A stretch of DNA of 33,604 nucleotides from an uncultured Candidatus Saccharibacteria bacterium (GCA_964365245.1 CAYIOX010000002.1:1-33604), one strand, 5' to 3'; positions 14,606 through 23,986 are shown, counted from the first letter of the stretch. Translations and numbers: made by a program. Notes: a model not told the origin generated them from the letters alone.

Positions 14606-17500
14606 TTAAATAGCACTCATTCTCACCTTCGTCTTTGGACCTACAATCCCATCGGGAATTAAATCGTTTACAGTTTGGAATAAGATAACTGCAGACTTGG
14701 TCTTTGGGCCAAATTTTCCATCAACGGCTAAATTGAGATTTAATTTAATATTCAAAAATCTCTGAAGATCCACAACTGCCATACCACTAGCTCCATTTCT
14801 GAGAGTGGTGTATGAATTTGAGATATTTGGTATTGCTACTGTTGATGAAATAGCTCCCGGAGGAATCACAACATTGTATTGATTGGCCACTTGTTGCGCT
14901 TGTGTATTATTACCCATGGATAAAAGATTACGAATTCTACTTTGGGCAGTGCTTCCGGAAGAAGGACATCCGTTTGTGGATTTTGTAATAGAAATTAAAC
15001 TTGTTTCTGTTCCGTCTCCATTTCGGTATTTTACGGAATATGTATATTCATTACCACAAGACAATCCAGTATCAGTCCATGAGTTAGTTTGTATCCAACC
15101 GGAATTTGCGCCAGAACGGGAGAAATAATATCCTGATGAGCCACTCGTGTCGTTGGGGAAGCTATCAACAGATAAACTAACGCTGTTTGAGTTTGAGGAA
15201 GCGGAAAAGTTTGTTGGGACATCGGCTAGAGTATATTTACTTCCCAAATCAACTGCAGTATTTGCCAGTGAGTCGCCATTTCTTGATGTAGCTTGAAAAG
15301 TATATTGAGTGTTTTCTGAAAGCGATCCGCTTTGCCATGAGTTAGTTTGCGTCCAGCCCGAATTTGTTGAAGCAGTTGTGTTTGCAAAATATAGACCAGA
15401 AGTGCCAGAAGCAAGATTAGATAATGTTCCTGAAGCGGAAAGAGTAATTGCGTTTATGCCAATGCTATCCCAAGAAGCACCGACTGGCGATTCAATTTTT
15501 GTATAAATGGTTGAAGCAACTGACGAAGACACGCTTTCTCCGAAGCTGTTATATGCTTTTGCATAACGACCCGAATATGCAGTATTAGAAGAAAGTCCTG
15601 TTTCGTCTAAATATGTTAAATTAGTTGTAGCCGAAGATGTAGCTAATGTATTAGTGTTGTCATAAATTCTAAACCCAGTTTCATCACTTGCGTTATCGGT
15701 GAAATTCCAACGGATGGAAGAAACCGATTGAGCTGATGGTGCGCCGATGGTGGGAGCAAAAGGTGCGGGTTGATATTCATACGCCCCCATATCTGGAAGG
15801 CCAGCGATAGGATTCCCTGAAATATCTGAGGTCAAACTAACATCTGTTCCCGCGTTGATTGCTGGGGATGTAGATTGGAGATGAAAATCGGAGGTGGAGA
15901 CGAAGAGCGGATCTGTGGTGATCGATCCTGTGCCGCCTCGATTTGAAGAGTTGTAATAACAATTATTCGAGACTTCAGTCGGTGTCGAATTAGCCACAGA
16001 TGTTGTGACAGTATGAAATATATTGTTTTTAACTATCAAAGTGGGTTCATTTGAAGCAGTAATAGATATTCCCCTTGATATTCCGTAGAATGTATTATTA
16101 TACGCGATAATTGATCCTCCGAATTGAGCATATACCCCATATGTGGATGCGCCACCAGTAAAAGAATTGTAGCGTATTTCTATATCTTGCCCAGTGCTGT
16201 CTGAGATTCCATGAGCATAACCAAAAATAACATTCGCTTGTGCTAATAAAGATGTTGCGGTCGATGAAAGAAGTATAGCTCTATATCTTCCATAGACACT
16301 AGAATTAGTTATTATGGCAGGAGACACCACAGTTATTCCGACACTAAGATCTGCTCCATCTTGTGCCGTATTTGTGAAATTATTGATAGTTTCGGATGTG
16401 GCTGTAAGTGTGCCACCATAACCACTTTTGCAATTAGTTACCACCGCTCCGTTAATAGATATGTTTCCAAAAGCGCCCGTTCCACCTGTGTGTCCATATA
16501 TCCCCGTACATTTTGTTTGGTATTGGCTCATGGAAACTTCTACATCCACCAGCGATACAGATTTCCCGGTTGGAGCTACAGAATATATAACTAACGGAAT
16601 AAATTGATTAGTCCCATAAAATGCTTCGTTAAATATTCCTCCATTTATAGTACATCCTTCTTCTATTAGAATATTATGTTTAGATCCATCATTGGCTTCT
16701 ATGTCGGTAAGAATGCAATCTGCAGCAGCTATCATTGATCCATTGTTGTGATAATTTCTCCTTGTTTCAATATTAGTAATCGTGGATGAAGCGCCAACAG
16801 AAACACCCCAGTCTCTCGCGGAATATTCATATGTTTTGCCGTTGGTGGCGGGATTTGCTGATGCAGTTGCATGAATATACATAGTCGCTGCTCCCGCAGA
16901 TTCAGAACTTGGATAATACGACGATGGTGTCGCATCGACTAAATCAATAGAGGCCACTCTGGTTAGAAGGGTATCGTTTTCCCAAATTCTAACATAACCA
17001 CCGGTTGAGGGTATTGTGATCGCAGTTTGGTATACATTTGTTTTTCCTGCTGTTTTTGACCATGAAGCTCCCAATATTTCGTCTGACGAGTCAATGAGAG
17101 GTTTATTCCCAACACCAAACACTCCAATGTTTATTCCTGTTTCAGTTTTCGTCAACTGCTCTCGCCAAACCTCGCCACGTTTGAACAAAATGTAATCGCC
17201 AGAAGAAAAGGAAAAAGTATTAACTTTAGCAATAGTTTGCCAAGGAGAAGAATCGGAACAGGTTCCGTTTACAGATGTGCCAGTATTAGTATCTAATCCC
17301 CCTGTAGCATCCACACAATACGTCGCCGCATTGGCGACATTTGTGAAAGCTAAAAATCCCACCACAAAAAATAGATAAACAAAAAGATTCCGCAGGATTA
17401 AATAAATATTTTTAGAAAAAGTTTCTACTCTCTTGAATTCTGTCATAATTTTTTTGTTTTTAACTTCCTTTTTTATATACTTAATTATTATATCAAGCAC
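14606..17500 (-). CDS. Secreted right-handed parallel beta-helix protein with FN3-like repeats and a C-terminal peptidoglycan-binding (PG_binding_1-like) domain
   Basis: Signal peptide ...LFFVVGFLAFTNVANA. Beta-helix N-cap (SPWQTIAKVN...GDYILFKRGEVW) and C-cap (DPLFVSTSDFHLQSTSPAINAGTD...PDMGAYEY). FN3 (SSIRWNFTDNASDETGFRIYD). C-terminal GASGMAVVDLQRFL...VDGKFGPKTKSAVILFQ...PDGIVGPKTK. The 17500 start is GTG; ATG 17446 (MTEFKRV...) is an equally plausible start. Confidence 0.8.
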   Translation of the reverse strand: MLDIIIKYIKKEVKNKKIMTEFKRVETFSKNIYLILRNLFVYLFFVVGFLAFTNVANAATYCVDATGGLDTNTGTSVNGTCSDSSPWQTIAKVNTFSFSSGDYILFKRGEVWREQLTKTETGINIGVFGVGNKPLIDSSDEILGASWSKTAGKTNVYQTAITIPSTGGYVRIWENDTLLTRVASIDLVDATPSSYYPSSESAGAATMYIHATASANPATNGKTYEYSARDWGVSVGASSTITNIETRRNYHNNGSMIAAADCILTDIEANDGSKHNILIEEGCTINGGIFNEAFYGTNQFIPLVIYSVAPTGKSVSLVDVEVSMSQYQTKCTGIYGHTGGTGAFGNISINGAVVTNCKSGYGGTLTATSETINNFTNTAQDGADLSVGITVVSPAIITNSSVYGRYRAILLSSTATSLLAQANVIFGYAHGISDSTGQDIEIRYNSFTGGASTYGVYAQFGGSIIAYNNTFYGISRGISITASNEPTLIVKNNIFHTVTTSVANSTPTEVSNNCYYNSSNRGGTGSITTDPLFVSTSDFHLQSTSPAINAGTDVSLTSDISGNPIAGLPDMGAYEYQPAPFAPTIGAPSAQSVSSIRWNFTDNASDETGFRIYDNTNTLATSSATTNLTYLDETGLSSNTAYSGRYAKAYNSFGESVSSSVASTIYTKIESPVGASWDSIGINAITLSASGTLSNLASGTSGLYFANTTASTNSGWTQTNSWQSGSLSENTQYTFQATSRNGDSLANTAVDLGSKYTLADVPTNFSASSNSNSVSLSVDSFPNDTSGSSGYYFSRSGANSGWIQTNSWTDTGLSCGNEYTYSVKYRNGDGTETSLISITKSTNGCPSSGSTAQSRIRNLLSMGNNTQAQQVANQYNVVIPPGAISSTVAIPNISNSYTTLRNGASGMAVVDLQRFLNIKLNLNLAVDGKFGPKTKSAVILFQTVNDLIPDGIVGPKTKVRMSAI
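15010..15415. repeat. Intragenic tandem domain repeat, period 258 nt (86 aa), boundaries approximate
   Basis: CCATGAGTTAGTTTG at 15077 recurs at 15335. Protein copies are ...SGWTQTNSWQSGSLSENTQYTFQATSRNGD and ...SGWIQTNSWTDTGLSCGNEYTYSVKYRNGD. Confidence 0.7.
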
Positions 17501-17530
17501 TGCTTTTTATACAAATTACAACATCCAAAA

Positions 17531-18559
17531 TCATTCAAGAGCTTTGATGCCCGGCAAAGTGCCATTTGCCAGAAATTCCAACATTGCCCCGCCAGCGGTA
17601 GAAACAAAAGAAAACTTCTCTGAACCGACTTTTTTAACAGCCGCAACAGTATCTCCGCCACCAATTATTGATTGCGCTTTTGATTCACTTATTATTTTTG
17701 CCAGTTCCAAAGTGCCTTTATCAAAACCATTTTCGTAATTGCCCAATGGCCCATTCCACAAAACAAATTGCGCCCGACTAACTAAATTTTTTAAATTATT
17801 TATTGTTTCTGGTCCGACATCTAAAATTTTATTTTCATGCCAAAGAAAATCTGTTGGCAAAATAATTTTTTTTTCATTCAAAAATTTCTGAATATCCACT
17901 TCGGGATCAAAAATGGACTCTTTGATATCAAAACCGCCAGCTTTCAAAAAATTATTAGCCAAAGCGCCACCGACAAAGATTTCATCTGCAATATTGGAAA
18001 ATTTATTTAGCACGCTGAGTTTTGTTTTAAATTTTACTCCACCCAAAATAAGCAAAAAAGGATGTTGGGGTTTAAAAACAGCGCTTAAATTTTTAAATTC
18101 TTTCTCAAATAATAAACCCATAAAAGACGGCAAATATTTTGTAATACCTATGATCGAAGCATGCTCTCTGTGTGAAGTTCCAAAATCATCATTCACATAA
18201 ATATCACCCAATTTTGCCAATTTTTTAGAAAATTCATCATTGTTGCTTTCTTCACCAATAAAATTCCTGAGATTTTCAAGCAATACCACTTCACCATTTT
18301 CCATAGCACCCAATTTAAAATCCGAAACAAGTTTTATTTTCAAATAGTCTGCCACAGGGTGAAGACTGGCGCCTTTTTCGGTCCTATGACTAATTAAAAT
18401 AATCTTAGCTTCTTTTTCTTTTAAGAAATCAATGGTGGGTAAAGTTTGTTTAATTCTAAAATCATCTTCTACCACGCCATTCTTTATTAGAACATTAAAG
18501 TCCACTCTCACAATCACGATCTTGCCTTTTATGTCTCCTATTTGCTTGATGCTTCGCAT
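17531..18559 (-). CDS. pgk: Phosphoglycerate kinase (compact, 342 aa)
   Basis: VRVDFNV, LENLRNFIGEESN, YVNDDFGTSHREHAS, IIGGGDTVAA, STAGGAMLEFL. Confidence 0.93.
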   Translation of the reverse strand: MRSIKQIGDIKGKIVIVRVDFNVLIKNGVVEDDFRIKQTLPTIDFLKEKEAKIILISHRTEKGASLHPVADYLKIKLVSDFKLGAMENGEVVLLENLRNFIGEESNNDEFSKKLAKLGDIYVNDDFGTSHREHASIIGITKYLPSFMGLLFEKEFKNLSAVFKPQHPFLLILGGVKFKTKLSVLNKFSNIADEIFVGGALANNFLKAGGFDIKESIFDPEVDIQKFLNEKKIILPTDFLWHENKILDVGPETINNLKNLVSRAQFVLWNGPLGNYENGFDKGTLELAKIISESKAQSIIGGGDTVAAVKKVGSEKFSFVSTAGGAMLEFLANGTLPGIKALE

Positions 18560-19302
18560 GTTTTTACAATTTCTGCAAACTTTTCCGCATTTAAACTGGT
18601 CCGACCGGCGAGCAATCCGTCCACTCCTCCATTTTGCAAAAATTCCAACGCATCTTTTTCATTGACCGAACCGCCATAAATAATTCTCATCTTTCCCGCC
18701 TCAGGACCAAATTTATCCGAAAGAATTTTACGGATAAAAATAATCATCTCTCGACAATCAAAGGAAGTAGCATCTTGGCGATTTGGAGTGGTAGAGATTG
18801 CCCAGACTGGTTCATAAGCAATAACAATTTTTGGAATTGAAGTCCTTTTTACCCCGCTCAAACATTCCTCAAGTTGATTTTTAACCAAATTAAAATAACT
18901 ATGACTCTCATCTCGAGTATTCTCTCCCACACAGACTATCGGAGCAAGCCCCGCCATAAGCGACGCTTTAATCTTTTTATTAACATCGATATTGCTTTCC
19001 CCCACAGCTCTCCTTTCTGAATGCCCCAGAACAACATATTTCGCGCCTATATCATAAAGCATTCTCCCCGATATTTCCCCCGTAAAAGCGCCCTCCTCCT
19101 GCCAAAAGGCATCCTGCGCGCCTAAAATTATCTTCCTAGAAATTTTCTTTAATTTTTCCAAATATAAAAATGGCGGGCAAATCACAATTTCCGTTCTTTT
19201 AATTAGAGAAATCAATCCTGCCACGCTAGAAAACAATTTTTCCGCTTCTTTTAGTGTAAGCGGATTCATTTTCCAATTGCCGACAATTATATTCTTTGAC
19301 AT
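18538..19302 (-). CDS. tpiA: Triosephosphate isomerase
   Basis: VGNWKMN, LGHSERR, AYEPVWAISTT, YGGSVN. Its 3' end overlaps the pgk start by 22 nt. Confidence 0.95.
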   Translation of the reverse strand: MSKNIIVGNWKMNPLTLKEAEKLFSSVAGLISLIKRTEIVICPPFLYLEKLKKISRKIILGAQDAFWQEEGAFTGEISGRMLYDIGAKYVVLGHSERRAVGESNIDVNKKIKASLMAGLAPIVCVGENTRDESHSYFNLVKNQLEECLSGVKRTSIPKIVIAYEPVWAISTTPNRQDATSFDCREMIIFIRKILSDKFGPEAGKMRIIYGGSVNEKDALEFLQNGGVDGLLAGRTSLNAEKFAEIVKTCEASSK

Positions 19303-19309
19303 ATGGCGA

Positions 19310-19318
19310 ATTATATCA
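19310..19318 (-). promoter_or_regulatory. Extended -10 TGaTATAAT, 7 nt upstream of the tpiA ATG at 19302
   Basis: Minus strand reads TGTGATATAATtcgccatATG. Confidence 0.5.
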
Positions 19319-19326
19319 CAATAAGT

Positions 19327-19332
19327 TAAAAT
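19327..19332 (+). promoter_or_regulatory. -10 hexamer TAAAAT, 7 nt upstream of the pilin ATG at 19340
   Basis: Plus strand reads TAAAATagaagtaATG, within the 37-nt divergent intergenic region. Confidence 0.4.
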
Positions 19333-19339
19333 AGAAGTA

Positions 19340-20719
19340 ATGAACTTTCATACTTTTTACGCTTATCAAAAAAAATCAGTTTCGATCTCCCCTCGCGTTC
19401 TTTTATCGACACAAGGCGGATTTACTTTGATTGAAACACTGATCGGTAGCGCCGTTTTTCTGATAGTGGCTTTGTCAGCCTACAGCGCTTTCAATGTATT
19501 GATGGATGTTGCTGTCGCTTCTCGAATCAAAGTGGCGGCTACAGAATTAGCGAATGAAAGGTTTGAAATTATGAGAAATCTGCCTTATGTTGATGTGGGA
19601 ATAGTCGGAGGATTGCCCATCGGCAAAATTATTAGAAACCAAAACATTATCCGCGACGGCTATTCATTTACCGTAGTCACCACAATCAGAAGCGTTGACG
19701 ACACGTTTGATGGAACAATCGGCGGAAGCCCTTCTGACACCTCGCCAGCGGATTATAAATTGGCAGATATGGACATAACATGCTCTAACTGTAAAAATTT
19801 TTCCACTTTGAATTTCACAACCTTGGTGGCGCCACACGCGCTTGAAACCGCCTCGAACAACGGCGCGCTCTATGTGAGAACAATCGATGCCAGCGGTGTT
19901 CCCGTCGCAAACGCGTCAGTGCACATAGTGAACACACAGACAAACCCAGACACCATCATAGATGAAACGACTGACAGCAGTGGATGGATCAAAATAGTGG
20001 ACGCGCCACCTGGCACCGGAGCTTATAACCTCACAGCTACCAAACCTGGCTATTCGCAAGATCAAACATACCCAATAGGTGGTGTGGCGGGACCAAATCC
20101 GATCAAGCCAAACGCAAATGTGGTAACTCAACAAGTAACCCAGTTAAGTTTGGCGATAGACAGATTGAGTTCCTTGGCAATGACAACAGTAGATTCTTCT
20201 TGCGTGGCATTACCCAACATTGGCTTTTCTCTCACGGGAACTAAAACAATCGGTGTCGGCATACTGAAATATCCAACACAAAATTTTACGACAAACTCAG
20301 GCGCCAATTATACGATTCCAAATTTAGAATGGGATACTTATGGAGTTTTGCTCACATCCGCATCTTACGATTTGGCTGGCACCACCTTATTGCCAAGTTT
20401 CGTTGTCAACCCAAATGAAAATAAGACTCTCCAGCTAATAGCCGTCCCTCATGTAAACAGAGCTCTTTTGGTTTCTGTGAAAGATTCTACGAATGCGACA
20501 ATCGATGACGCCACAGTGCGCTTGCAAAGAAGCGGATTTGATCAAACAAAAACAACAAATTCTGGATCATGTTCCAGTCCTGGACAAGTTTTTTGGAACG
20601 GACTTGCAAGTGACACATACACCTTGACTGTTTCAAAAACAGGATACCAAACATACACCAATGGCGCTTTAAACATTTCTGCCGCTTGGCAAAACCAAAC
20701 AATAACCTTAAATCCATAA
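19340..20719 (+). CDS. Giant prepilin-type protein (459 aa) with carboxypeptidase-regulatory-like beta-sandwich domains
   Basis: Class III signal QGG|FTLIETLIGSAVFLIVAL (F+1, E+5). CarboxypepD_reg-like segments ALYVRTIDASGVPVANASVHIVN...GAYNLTATKPGYS and LLVSVKDSTNATIDDATVRL...DTYTLTVSKTGYQ. Confidence 0.8.
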   Translation: MNFHTFYAYQKKSVSISPRVLLSTQGGFTLIETLIGSAVFLIVALSAYSAFNVLMDVAVASRIKVAATELANERFEIMRNLPYVDVGIVGGLPIGKIIRNQNIIRDGYSFTVVTTIRSVDDTFDGTIGGSPSDTSPADYKLADMDITCSNCKNFSTLNFTTLVAPHALETASNNGALYVRTIDASGVPVANASVHIVNTQTNPDTIIDETTDSSGWIKIVDAPPGTGAYNLTATKPGYSQDQTYPIGGVAGPNPIKPNANVVTQQVTQLSLAIDRLSSLAMTTVDSSCVALPNIGFSLTGTKTIGVGILKYPTQNFTTNSGANYTIPNLEWDTYGVLLTSASYDLAGTTLLPSFVVNPNENKTLQLIAVPHVNRALLVSVKDSTNATIDDATVRLQRSGFDQTKTTNSGSCSSPGQVFWNGLASDTYTLTVSKTGYQTYTNGALNISAAWQNQTITLNP

Positions 20720-20720
20720 A

Positions 20721-21329
20721 ATGCGAAATAATTATAAAAACAAAAAAAATGGACTTACTTTGGTTGAAACTCTTTTTGTGGTTGCTATTTTTACGCTTAT
20801 CATGGGAGTGCTTACATTATTTTCCAAAAATATCTGGACCTATAATTCTTTTATAAACACAGAACTAGAAGCTGTCGACACAGGAAGAATGGCACTAAAA
20901 ACAATGACCGCAGAGATTCGCACCGCTTCGTCTGGCAATAATGGATCCTATGCCATCAATCTGGCGAGCGCCACAAGCTTCACTTTTTATTCAGACATAT
21001 ATGATGATGGATTAAAAGAAAAAGTGAGATATTTTTTAAATGGAACAAATCTGCAAAAAGGAGTAATAATACCGACTGGTAGCCCCCTTGGTTATACCGG
21101 AAGCGAAATTGTAACCACTATTGTTTCCAATGTTACAAATGCTTCTATTTTTAGTTATTACGACAGAAATTACGATGGCGCCACAGTGGCCCTCTCTTCT
21201 CCCATCGATGTGTCAGCTGTGAGATTGGTAAAAATAACCGTCACAATTGATAAAAATCAAAATACACCACCTGCGCCAGTAACAGTATCCACGCAAGTTT
21301 CAATAAGAAACATAAAAGATAATCTATGA
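20721..21329 (+). CDS. Prepilin-type N-terminal cleavage/methylation domain protein (pilin/pseudopilin)
   Basis: KKNG|LTLVETLFVVAIFTLIMGV (E+5). 202 aa. ATGA overlap with the next gene. Confidence 0.8.
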   Translation: MRNNYKNKKNGLTLVETLFVVAIFTLIMGVLTLFSKNIWTYNSFINTELEAVDTGRMALKTMTAEIRTASSGNNGSYAINLASATSFTFYSDIYDDGLKEKVRYFLNGTNLQKGVIIPTGSPLGYTGSEIVTTIVSNVTNASIFSYYDRNYDGATVALSSPIDVSAVRLVKITVTIDKNQNTPPAPVTVSTQVSIRNIKDNL

Positions 21330-22798
21330 TTAAGAAGAAAAAAATAATTAAAAAAAGAGGCATGATTATATTGCAAACAATAGTCTTTGCCGCCGTTTCA
21401 ATAATAATCATCAGCGCGCTTGCCAGTTTGACCGCCACATCTTTGAACGCAAGCAGAGCAACCTACAATCGCGAACAGGCATTTCAATCTGCCGAAGCGG
21501 GAATAGATTATTATCGATGGCATCTAGCTCACGTTTCCAACGATTATCAAGATGGCACAGGCGGACCTGGTCCATATGTCCACTCTTTAAAAAACAAAAA
21601 CGATAGCGTGATTGGACAATTTTCTCTCACGATTACCCCTCCATCACCGGGCTCCACTTTGGTTAAAATAAAATCAGTCGGAACTTCCAACCTTGATCCT
21701 TCATTCACAAGAAAAATAATAACCCAAGTTGCTAAACCTTCCATCGCAGAACACGCTTTCGCTGGAAATAATGCGATGCGTTTCGGTCAAGGGACGGAAA
21801 TTTTCGGAAGCATCCACTCAAATGGAGGAATACGTTTTGATGGAGTAGCGCATAATACAGTTACCAGTTCCGCCACCACTTATGATGACGCAGATCATTC
21901 AGGAAATAATGAAATTGGCGTTCATACACATGTGAACGCGCCACCCGGAAGCGGAATCAATTCAACCTTTAGATCAGCTGAATCGAACCCAAGTTCAATA
22001 CCCGTAAGACCAGATGTTTTCGAAGCTGGACGCAAAATAAGCCAACCAACAATCGATTTTTCGGGTTTTACCTCGGACATAGCAGACCTGAAATTATCCG
22101 CGCAAACGAACGGATTTTATCGAGATGGGGCCGGAAGCGGTTTTGTCGGCTATCACATTGTTTTAAAAACAAATGACACTTTTGACTTGTATAAAATAAA
22201 TTCGTGGGCAAGCTTGGGCAACTGTAATGACTCAGATTCTGAAAGCTCTAGCTGGAGCATCAGCGCCCAAACAATCCAGGGTAATTACGCGCTCCCGTCA
22301 AATGGAATAATTTTTATTCAAGACCATCTTGTGATTGACGGACAAGTAGATAGCGCGCGAATCACTATTGCCGCCGCCCTTTTACCAGAACCATCAGACA
22401 CAAGTCAATACAAAAACATATTCATAAACAATGATTTGTCTTATACCAACTACGATGGGACGGATTCCATCGGTCTCGTGGCGCAAGGCGGAGTAATGGT
22501 GGGTATGATTAGTGAAGACAACCTTAAAATAGATGGGGCCTTAATGGCGCAACATAATAAAGTGGGAAGATTTTATTATATGGGAAACAGTAGTTGCGTT
22601 TATAAAAATCGTTCGGTAATTTCACTCTATGGCATGATCGCTTCTTACGCTAGATACGGATTTGCTTATACAGATGGCACGGGCTACACAATCAGAAATA
22701 TAAACTATGACGCAAACTTACTTTACGCTCCGCCTCCAGAGTTTCCTTTAACTTCAGACCAATACCAAATACTCTCTTGGCAAGAAGTGAAAAATTAA
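21326..22798 (+). CDS. Large minor-pilin-like protein lacking Glu5 (PilX/GspK-like role inferred)
   Basis: KKRG|MIILQTIVFAAVSIIIISALA with Q at +5. 490 aa. Last gene of the pilin operon. Confidence 0.6.
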   Translation: MIKKKKIIKKRGMIILQTIVFAAVSIIIISALASLTATSLNASRATYNREQAFQSAEAGIDYYRWHLAHVSNDYQDGTGGPGPYVHSLKNKNDSVIGQFSLTITPPSPGSTLVKIKSVGTSNLDPSFTRKIITQVAKPSIAEHAFAGNNAMRFGQGTEIFGSIHSNGGIRFDGVAHNTVTSSATTYDDADHSGNNEIGVHTHVNAPPGSGINSTFRSAESNPSSIPVRPDVFEAGRKISQPTIDFSGFTSDIADLKLSAQTNGFYRDGAGSGFVGYHIVLKTNDTFDLYKINSWASLGNCNDSDSESSSWSISAQTIQGNYALPSNGIIFIQDHLVIDGQVDSARITIAAALLPEPSDTSQYKNIFINNDLSYTNYDGTDSIGLVAQGGVMVGMISEDNLKIDGALMAQHNKVGRFYYMGNSSCVYKNRSVISLYGMIASYARYGFAYTDGTGYTIRNINYDANLLYAPPPEFPLTSDQYQILSWQEVKN

Positions 22799-23931
22799 TA
22801 CTGATTGGCGCCTTCAATGAGTCGAGGCGGACCGGGCTGAATTATGATGCCTTTATAATTGTTATTGTTAGAATTATCATTTATATCGTAATTATTATTA
22901 ACATCAACATTTGGTAAACCATTGTTATTGTTCAAGTTGTCTGTATTTGTATTTGGATTTCCTAAATCAGTATTGGTGTTAGTATTAGTATTGTTATTAT
23001 TGTTGGCGGAATTGGGATCAGAAGTCGCATTTGGGTTTAAATCGGTAACAGAAGGTGTAGAAGTAGTGTCAACAATGGGAATAATGCCAGGAACAGGAGG
23101 AAGATCGGAGCCCACATCAGAATCTGGGGTGGAAGTTGGCGGTAAGAATGATTGCTCTATTTGATCTTCTATATCCGTCAATTGTTTTTGCAACACTATC
23201 ACCTCATCTTCCGTTTGGTCCACTATGCCTTGTTGAACCACGATATCTTCTGATGTTATTAAATGACCATTAGATTCTGTTGAAGTCCCGGTATCTAAAT
23301 TATTGTTTTTTGAATTATCTATAGCAATTTGAATCGAAGTTAAAACTTCATTTATAGCGTCCTCCGAAGGAAGACTGGCTAAATAAATATTTATTTGAGC
23401 TTGCGGAATCCCTGAATTTTCCGGTGTCAAAATTCCAACCAAATGAGCAAGATCTTTTAGGTAAGTTTTGATAGTCTGCGCGTCTTTTTTAATTTGTTCA
23501 CTCTCTTTTATATCAATTTTTTTAATGGCGAGAACATCTACTTTTTTTTGCCACTCGGCAAGCAATAAATTTATGTTTTTTCTTTCTTTATTGATGAGAA
23601 GAATAGTGGGAAGATTCTTGACTATCAATTCCGGATTTAATCCATTCGGATCGATAAACATAAAATCAGTCTGACTAACTATATTAGAACCTTTTTTCAT
23701 TTGATCTTGAACATCGACAGTCAAAGCAGAAGAATTTCTAAAATTGTCTGTCATAATCTTCAGTGTGTCTCTTTCTTTGCTTAATTTCTTTTCAAGAATA
23801 GACAAATCGCTCTGTAATTTATTTTTTTGAACGGTTAAATCGTTTCTAATATTGTTACGTGTCAAAAGATAAGCCCCGAGAATGATGACGAGCGCAAAAA
23901 ACACACCCCCGACAACAAGCGATTTAGTCAT
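22795..23931 (-). CDS. Membrane-anchored coiled-coil protein with an Asn/Thr-rich low-complexity C-terminus; function unknown
   Basis: TM helix LVVGGVFFALVIILGAYLL, heptad-like KLQSDLSILEKKLSKERDTLK, tail NNNNNTNTNTNTDLGNPNTNTDNLNNNNG. Start placed at ATG 23931; the ORF-track 23961 is a TTG. It sits downstream of pilB-pilC on the same strand. Confidence 0.7.
   Translation of the reverse strand: MTKSLVVGGVFFALVIILGAYLLTRNNIRNDLTVQKNKLQSDLSILEKKLSKERDTLKIMTDNFRNSSALTVDVQDQMKKGSNIVSQTDFMFIDPNGLNPELIVKNLPTILLINKERKNINLLLAEWQKKVDVLAIKKIDIKESEQIKKDAQTIKTYLKDLAHLVGILTPENSGIPQAQINIYLASLPSEDAINEVLTSIQIAIDNSKNNNLDTGTSTESNGHLITSEDIVVQQGIVDQTEDEVIVLQKQLTDIEDQIEQSFLPPTSTPDSDVGSDLPPVPGIIPIVDTTSTPSVTDLNPNATSDPNSANNNNNTNTNTNTDLGNPNTNTDNLNNNNGLPNVDVNNNYDINDNSNNNNYKGIIIQPGPPRLIEGANQY
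22855..23015. repeat. Imperfect AAT/ACT-type microsatellite-like tract (Asn/Thr codons), boundaries approximate
   Basis: Forward strand reads gtattggtgttagtattagtattgttattattgttg and flanking attatt/gttatt runs. Confidence 0.6.
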
Positions 23932-23986
23932 AATATTATTATACAACAACCTGACGAACAAAGTCTAACTTTGCGCGGAAAAATAA

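Noticed and set aside
15010-15415. Intragenic repeats considered as diversity-generating-retroelement TR/VR pairs.
   Set aside because: The copies are diverged at all base types, not adenine-specific. They correspond to tandem FN3-like domain duplications, and no reverse transcriptase is in the window.
17531-19302. Possible pgk-tpi fusion gene, as known in Thermotoga.
   Set aside because: The gene order is tpiA then pgk. tpiA has its own stop at 18538, and pgk starts in a different frame.
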